64,000 bases of DNA from NCBI GenBank assembly GCA_012295275.1, contig CM022669.1, forward strand, positions 14,384,001 through 14,448,000, in the 5' to 3' direction. Shown here in pieces: positions 55,568 through 64,000 of the stretch (position 1 is its first letter; every line of letters begins with the position of its first letter). The stretch comes from Chrysomallon squamiferum. Its lineage: Eukaryota; Animalia; Mollusca. The position numbers and the translations under genes are program-made. Under the pieces are notes generated by a model that searched no databases, was not told where the DNA came from, and was given only the letters and a program-made list of their open reading frames with translations.

Positions 55568-58380
55568 ACTATCACACAAACATGCAACTAAAAAAATCAG
55601 CCACATTTTCATTAACAAAAAAGAACGCCATAAAAAACTATATTTGGCAGCTGTATTCAGTGGAGACCCATTGCAGCACTTTTACATAAATGTGTGTTTA
55701 TTTCCAGTAACAAACAAACTGTAATGATTATACATCAAAGTGATTTGCGTCACTGTGGCGAAAAGGTGACACAACAGCTGCTAGTAATATGATTGGCTTA
55801 AAAATGTTAACTGTTGTTTTCACTTGATGCAAGTACCTTTATACCAAGTGGAGCACATTCTTGATTTTTCATTCAATTTATTTATTTATTTATTTATTTA
55901 TTTATTTTATGTTTCATCTTCTTGCAACTATGTATCAATTTATTAAGATACAGATCCATTCAGTGTTCTAAATAAAGGAATGGCAACCAATGTAGCAACA
56001 TTTTTTCATTTAATAATAATAATAAAAAATAAGAAATGTGAAAATTAGCTGAATTGGTTATTTAACGTCATCACTGGATTGATAACAGACACTAAAACTT
56101 GACATTAACAATAAATTGGAATTATGCTTAAACAGGAAAACATTTTATCATCTTGCCATGCTGCCATCTTTACTTTGTGCTTTGTATCTCCCATAGAAAC
56201 ACAACAGAACACCAGTCTCAAGTGAATTGTTGATTATTGTATTGTGAAAAGGTGCCGTCATGCAAGACTTTTCTTTTTATAACTAACTCTTAGTGGCGTC
56301 AGTGGGGTTTTATTATAAAATATTTATGAGGGTTTTATCTTCTTTGTTATAATTATAATAATAATAATAATAATAACAACAGTAATAACAACAATAAGAA
56401 ACAAAAATAAAAGAAAATAATCACAATAATAAAGACAGTAATATTTAAAACAATAAGAAAACAATAATAATAACAATTGATATTATTATTATTATTATTA
56501 TACTAAAACTAAAATTACTACTACTTCTACTACTAATAATAATAATAACAAGAACAGTAACAATAAAATAATTATTAATAATAAAAAAAAATAATAATAA
56601 TAATAACAACAACAACAGTAGTGGTAGTAGTAGTAGTAACAATACTAAGATAAACAGTAGCAGCAGCAGTAGGTGTAATACGTGTAGCAGTTGTAGCTCA
56701 GTAAAATGCATATGTCATTAATTCCGTTAATCAGCTGAAACTGCACAGATCCTAAATAAATATGACTTTGTGAAAATATATGCAATAATAACTATTAACA
56801 CCTGTTATTATAAATCTGTATTCATAAACTGATCATTGACCATGACGATGTTAAAATAAAATTATAATGATAATTTATAGTTTTTAAAATGTGCCGTCAT
56901 TCTCTATAAAATAGTAAAATTATATAAATATAAAACACACACACACACACACACATATGCACACATACACACACACAGAGAGAAAGACCTTTTGTAAAGA
57001 AAAAACATAAAGGTTTCTATACATAAAAATCCCCTTCATAAACGTATTATTAAAACTGAATAGAAGTCTGACATACACATTTAGCCTTTCAGATATCTAA
57101 TTTCTACAGTTTTCCTTGGTAATATAAAAAAAATAAAAATACTCCAAAAAACGACTGAAACTGAAAACATAATGCTACTTCAGAAGTCTCTAGGGAACTA
57201 GCTTAAAGCTTTCGAGCTTACGGTTTCTTCAACTCTGAAAGCATAAACGTATTTTAGACAGTATCTGCATATTATACTTTCTTTGCATTGATAATCATTA
57301 ATATTAGAGATGTGACATATAGCCGTCATTCTTTGTAATCCAGCAAGTCAGCCTTTGGCCTGCTGAGAAAGATATGACAATTGATTTCAATAATAGTAAG
57401 CTTTTATGAGGAGAGATTGATGTATGAGTATTCATATACAGAGCTTGTTTTTTCTCTTATCCTTTTCCTGTAATTTTTATTTTTTTCATTGTCATTTTTT
57501 CTTTCCTTTTTCATTTTTTCTGAGATCCTTTCTTTTGCATTTATTAATCTGTAGACATACATTCACCTGTATATAGATACATACATACACACAGAGATAC
57601 ACATACATATGGATTTAAACACATTCACAGTCACATGTATGTTTAGTTCTGTGTGTATGTGTGTGTGTATGTATATATATGTATGTATGTGTGTGTACAC
57701 ATACATACATACATAGATACATACATATACTACATACATATATACTGATCCATCTTACACACTTAAACACATAATTTGTTTTATAATACACACATTTTAG
57801 AACAATAAACATACACACACACAAAACCACAAACACATGCACACATAGATATGCACTCATATAGAGACGTACACTGAAATACACACACCCACACCCACAA
57901 TATCTATATTACACAGCAGACATACAGTAGATACACAGACATTCAGACACACTCAGACGGAAAGATACTAAAAGTTATCAGACGACTGAGTCTGTTATTG
58001 TGCCTGCCTTTGTGTGGATTTGACGTTTCTCGATTTGACATTGCCATTATATCTATCAGAATTGTATTATCCTCATCAATGATCCTGACTGGACTGTCAG
58101 TCATAGACTATTTATTTTATTTGTATTTTGTCTGCACTGAAATTTTATTTGAACCAGTGACTTTAGGAGTAGAGTGATAAGGAAATGCAGTTCTGATTAA
58201 TATATCCACATGTGTCAGATTAATGAAGTAGTTTCTTTGATAAGCTTTTACAGTTAGTATTTACTTATATGAATACTCATACATTTGTAAATATTTATTC
58301 GTTATAAATCTTCAGTTTTATACAGACAGGCAGGCAGTGAGAATGAAATGTTTTACTCAAATAATAACAAATATATTTCT

Positions 58381-58850
58381 GAAATAGGATGGTATATAAA
58401 TGAAATAACAAACTAAAAAGTAAAGAAATATAGAATATTTGTCTTTCAAAAGTTTATTTTTAATTATTAACTGTTTATATAAATATATAAATATACATAC
58501 ATATATACATACGTAACTACATATAGATTTGTAAAGTTTAGCACAGTGTTAGTAGTATATCTGAAAAATTATTTTATAAGAAAAACAGTACTCTCTTTCA
58601 CTATAAAAAAAAAATGAAATAGGATGATAAATAAAGAAATAACAAACTAAAAAGTAAAGAAATATAGAATATTTGTCTTTCAGATGTTTATTTTTTAATT
58701 ATTAACTGTTTATATAAATATATAAATATACATACATACATACATACATACATACATACATACTTGTAAACGTTTAGCACAGTGTTAGTAGTATATCTGA
58801 AAAATTATTTTATAAGAAAAACAGTACTCTCTTTCAATATATTAAAAAAA
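58381..58850. repeat. Tandem duplication, ~235-bp unit, 2 copies
   Basis: gaaataggatg..gaaataacaaactaaaaagtaaagaaatatagaatatttgtctttca...aaaacagtactctctttca starts at 58381 and 58616. Confidence 0.9.
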
Positions 58851-60344
58851 ATAAAAAATAAAAAATAAATTAAAAATCCCAAACTGATAAGATCATAAGG
58901 TAGTTTTCTTTAACTGCCCCACAACAAAATCATTTTATCATCTGTTACTCAACCTCACATTTCCATCACGCAGATAAATGATTTTATTCATTTCATCCAT
59001 TCACCACATTCATCAAAGAACTTTACAAATTAAACATGATGCATTTTAACTTGGGAAGTGCATTTTGTAACGATTCCACTTTAAAGTAAACAATCATTTA
59101 TGGCAACAGCATTCATATTTCCGTGCTAATAATATACACTTTGATCTTCAAAACGGGAAAATTCCTATAGGGCACTCCAAAGTGTATAGATACCCATAAT
59201 CACAGTCAGATCATTTATCAGGAATTAATGGCAACAGGAAAGCCATCAAAGTTTACTGAATATGCTCCTGCTACCTCCAGTGCACCGGTTTTGCTACTGA
59301 GTCATATCTGAACTTCGCTTCCCTCTGTAAACTTCAAACATTCAGAAGTATCACCACTGACACTCAGCTATTGTATTTCCTATGTAAAGAATTTACATCC
59401 TGGTTGAATCTTTTGTACGTGTGTCCTAGTTATATCACTTTTATACACTGTCTTACATTAGCTTCATGGATACTTACAGTATTACGTACATACATCCGTA
59501 CATATACAGACAAACACACACACACATACCTACCACTCATACAGACAGAAACCCACACCCACACCAGCTCCACCACACCCATACCAGCTCCACCACACCC
59601 ATACCCACAATTATACATACGCCCTTCCGTATATAAAAGTAAAATTTCTTAGGATATACTATATAGTACAAAATATGTGGCTATAGTTATAGTTATCCTC
59701 TTGGTAACTGTAGACTTTTTGCATGCATGGTAGCCACTTAGTAATGCATCCACAAAAAAGAAGAAGAAACATTGTCCTTTATTTATTTAAGAAAACAAAC
59801 AAACAAAAAAAATAACCAAATAGCTTAAAATACCTAGAAATGTTACATAACATCTTGAAACTAATTTTGCACATTTTCTAAAGGATTGTTATAATTTTAT
59901 TAACAATATTCAAATTGTGTAGTAAATTCTTTTGATGGTAATTACAATTCTGAAACAGGTATGTAAGACTAATAATTTTAAAAATTATTATTCTTGACAA
60001 TAACATTTGTTTATACGATGCCAGTATGACATGTTGAATAATATGAAGTTCAATTTATAATTTATATCAAGAGGTAATTTTTTTTTTTTTTTTTTTTTTT
60101 TTCATTAGCATTAAACTGAATGTCATGAATTCATTAAACTTGGAAAGTGCTGAGAATGTAGGTTATCACAAAATCTTTACTTTATGGGATTTGTGTTGTA
60201 AATAATAAGAAATCAAGGAATTTTGTTATATAACATTACTTACTAAAAAAAAAAAAAAAAAAAAAAAAAGTTAATATTTTTTATTTTACTTTATTTATTT
60301 TTTAAATTTATTATTATTATTATTTTTTTTTATTTTTTTTTCAG

Positions 60345-60403
60345 AATTAGAAAGAAACATACGAGCTGGTGACCATGAATATAACGCACAGTTTGAGTAT
60401 GCA
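60345..60403 (+). CDS. ATP8B: ATP8B-type P4-ATPase coding exon
   Basis: ttttcag| (E)LERNIRAGDHEYNAQFEYA |gtaagt; matches the ATP8B N-terminal ERxxxANDREYNxxFxYA motif. Confidence 0.9.
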
Positions 60404-61058
60404 GTAAGTATTGTGTCAGTAAATGTTGATAAATGTAGGAAAGGACAGTATTTTTTTTACCATGTTAAATGCAATGTTTTACTGTTTATATTATTTAAAA
60501 TTTTATAAAATGTTTTTTTTTTATGGTTTTTTTTTATTATGTTAAATAATTAAAAAAAAAATTATTATTATGTTAAATGATTAAATTTTTTATTATATAA
60601 AATAATAACTATTAATATTATTTTATTTATTGATGTGTTGGTGGGATATCTTATAAAAATAATTTTTTTCAGTTATGTTAATTGATATATATATGTATAT
60701 TAAATTGTTACCTTGAAGCTCAATTTGTTTTATGCCTTGCTTTTATGTTAATAATTATTATTTTACTATTATATTGCATATTAATGATTTTCTTATGTTA
60801 AATAATTATTATTTCCCTATTATGTTAAATAATAATTATTCTCTTATTATATTAAATACTATTTATTTTGTTATATTAAAAAATAATTTTCCTATTACAT
60901 TGAATATTGATTATTTTCTTGTGTCAGATTATGTTAAACCGTATAATTAAATAGTATTTTCCTATAACATTAAATAACAATTCCTCTGTAATATGTTAAG
61001 TAATAATCATTGTTATATCCACTGAAGTCTTAATTTTGTATGTCTTCATTGTTTTCAG

Positions 61059-61172
61059 AACAATTACATTACAACATCAAAGTATAATGCATTGACATTT
61101 TTACCCAAGAACTTGATAGAGCAGTTTCAAAGGTTGGCTAACGCCTACTTTCTTGGACTGCTCATTTTGCAG
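61059..61172 (+). CDS. ATP8B: ATP8B-type P4-ATPase coding exon (N-terminal motif into TM1); gene continues beyond the window
   Basis: gttttcag| [38 protein letters not shown] |gtaaga; canonical P4-ATPase NxIxTSKY..TFLPxNLxEQFxRxANxYFL motif. Confidence 0.95.
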
Positions 61173-61751
61173 GTAAGATTATTTCATAATGACATTTATA
61201 TTTTTAATTAATTATTCATGGAGAAAAGATGACGAAAATAAAATAAAAAAATACATTTTGGAATATAATAAAATAGTAATTGGTTACGAAATTTGGCATA
61301 GAAAAATAAATATTGTGTTTAACAAAAATACATTCTTTAATGTCTTATTAAAAATGATATTAAAAAGATATTCTTTTTAAATTATGTTTTTAAAAAAGAA
61401 ATAAAAGACATTAGAAAGAATATGTATTTAAATTAAAATTATACCAAAGGAAAACAACTTCAAATGAAAAATGAAAACGTAATAAAATTATAACTGTTTT
61501 TCTGAATTTAAGGGTTTTTAAATGACTAATTATGAGAAAATATTAGTTTTGGCGTGTGTGCGTGTACATTTTATGTAATACTATTTGATAATTAACACAT
61601 TATTATTGTATTATTTATGTGAATATATTGTCTGAAGGTGTTTGAAATTTTGATAAGTAATCATTAATTCAGTTAAAAAGCACAGTAACAGAAACAGTTG
61701 CACCCATGCACACTCAAAATGTAAAAAGAGTTGCATTAAAAACATATATAT

Positions 61752-61784
<33 letters not shown>

Positions 61785-61787
61785 CGT

Positions 61788-61885
<98 letters not shown>

Positions 61886-64000
61886 TTATTCCACAAAGAC
61901 AGGAATATTCATATACACCTAAGTATGCACATACACATGCACGAATACTACATTTTCTTACATACACATAAGTTGGAAAGGACAATCAACAAACAGTTAA
62001 TAGATATAGATTCTAACTATTACTGTTAAAGTTTATTACATTTCAAAATAAAGTGCAAAATTTCAAACACCTTAGTGTGAAAGGTTATAAAACTTAAAAT
62101 ACAATTTAAAAAAAATGATGACATTCTTTTTGAGCTTAAATTTGTTATTAGCTATTAAATTTTGCATGAGTTCAACATATTCAAAGACGCAAGAGGAGCA
62201 GCTTTTTATCTTTATTATTTTACATTTTTGACATCATCTGTTTGGAATGGGAAAATATGCTATTTTATTGTAATAACCACTATTAATGCATGTATGCATG
62301 TTTATTTGTATTAGAGAAATTAATACCTTGATGATAAATTCAAAGAAAAAACATTTAATAAAAATATATATTTTCATGCTTTCCTTTGTTCCTGCTTAGC
62401 ATATCCTTTATGCTATTGATAAATTTTACATTTCATACTGCAAAAAGTTCCTGAAATATAGCTACAAATGTTAATTGTTCAGTATAAACAGTCTAAATTT
62501 GATCAAGCAAATCTTTCTGTGACCATCCAGGACCCTATTAAGGATTTTTTCCTTCAAATACTATACCCCATTGTTCAACTTGATACTTGTGTCTATATGT
62601 TTCTGTCACTCCTTAAGGAAATGATAATGTGTTTTGGCAGTTTAATTGCCTTGTTAATCTTTTTTCAAAAAAATGTTAAAAATCACTAATTTTGATAATT
62701 CGACAATAATTTGGCAACTTGTTGTATTATGCATTCTTTGACCCAGGAACCAGTAAAATATATTGTTATTAATTGAAAAAGTTTTCCTCGTTCAACTTGA
62801 AGATAATGGAACAATTAAGTATCAAGTATCATGTGATAGCATCAACAGTTTATTTGTTGATCCAGGAAGCTTTTCAAAAAGAAAAATCAGTCTATCTATC
62901 TACAGACAGAGAGATAGATAAATACATAGTAATGGAAAGGTTTTTCTACAGCAAAACTGATATTATTCGGCTCAAAGGTGACAATACATTTCCTCTAATC
63001 AAAATACTCCATGCTCTATCAGCCCGTTCATCTTAAAAGTCAGAGCAGAAAAGCTCTTGAGATGTTATTTCTAGTGCTGAAATCATGCCATTATGACCAG
63101 GAGGAAAACAACTCCATCATCCGTTTACACTGAACAATGTGACCAGAGTATCGACCGTCCAGATCACTTAGCATAATCTGTTTACACACAATGAAATGTG
63201 ATTTGCACAGATTCACAGACAAAATGAAAATCTCCTCTCCGAGGTACTTGGCTACTTAATGCAGACCAATTGAACGACTTGTTACAGTGGGAAAATGACT
63301 TGTTCAGACAGCTAGCTTCATGGATACCTCAGTAGAATGTCTGAAAAAACGAAAATGAAAATTTAGTTTGGCCCCCTCTGCCCCCACCCCAAAAAAACCC
63401 CAGAGATAACTTTCTAAAACAAAAATATATTTGAAGTGGAGAAATACATAGGTTTAATGTTATTTTAAATACCTAAAATGTTCCACATTTGACCGTTTTC
63501 ATACTAATTAATATTCCAGTGTTTTATTATTATTATTATTATTATTATGATTATTATTATTTATTTTTTTTGACGTGCCTACACATATTACATTATAAAA
63601 TAATATTTAAGTACATTTTAGAATTGCTGGAATAAATAATTTTTACACTAACTAATATTACAGTATTTTTGGTACTTAACACACACGTACAGTTATTACA
63701 TTATGAAATTACATTTAACCATTCATTTTTAAAATCGATGGAATATATAATTTTCATGCCAATTAACATTCCAATACACTTACGTTATGAATGCGTTATG
63801 TCTGCATTTTGTCATCAAAGGAAATGTGTATTGTGAAAATAAAAGTTAACCAGCAGCATGTGAATGGAATGTCTTATTAACAAGCTGCAGCATGCTGAGT
63901 ACTGCATACTTTTATATTTATTTATTTATTTTTTTAATTTTAATAAAATTTTAATTTATTATATTATCATCATTGTTTTTTTATTTTTTTTTTTTTTTAC

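Noticed and set aside
63000-63340. Minus-strand acceptor at 63340 suggesting a nested gene in the ATP8B intron
   Set aside because: All three frames stop within a few codons and no product is recognisable; a non-coding exon cannot be excluded.

Overview
AT-rich, microsatellite-dense animal genomic DNA. An invertebrate, probably a mollusc, is an inference from composition and gene style only. The left ~30 kb is CpG-rich. It holds the 5' end of a peptidoglycan recognition protein (PGRP) gene (- strand, running off the left edge) and two divergently oriented LACC1/FAMIN (YfiH/PgeF-family purine nucleoside enzyme) paralogs with single coding exons (6162-7415 -, 21708-22946 +). Between the paralogs are a signal-peptide exon, a stop-interrupted frame resembling a molluscan insulin-like precursor, and a candidate TTAA-flanked inverted-repeat element. 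The right ~34 kb is CpG-depleted and is the 5' part of a long-intron ATP8B-type P4-ATPase (phospholipid flippase) gene (+ strand) with two possible first coding exons; it continues past the right edge. Most ORFs in the supplied track are microsatellite artefacts. All calls were made by eye, without database searches.
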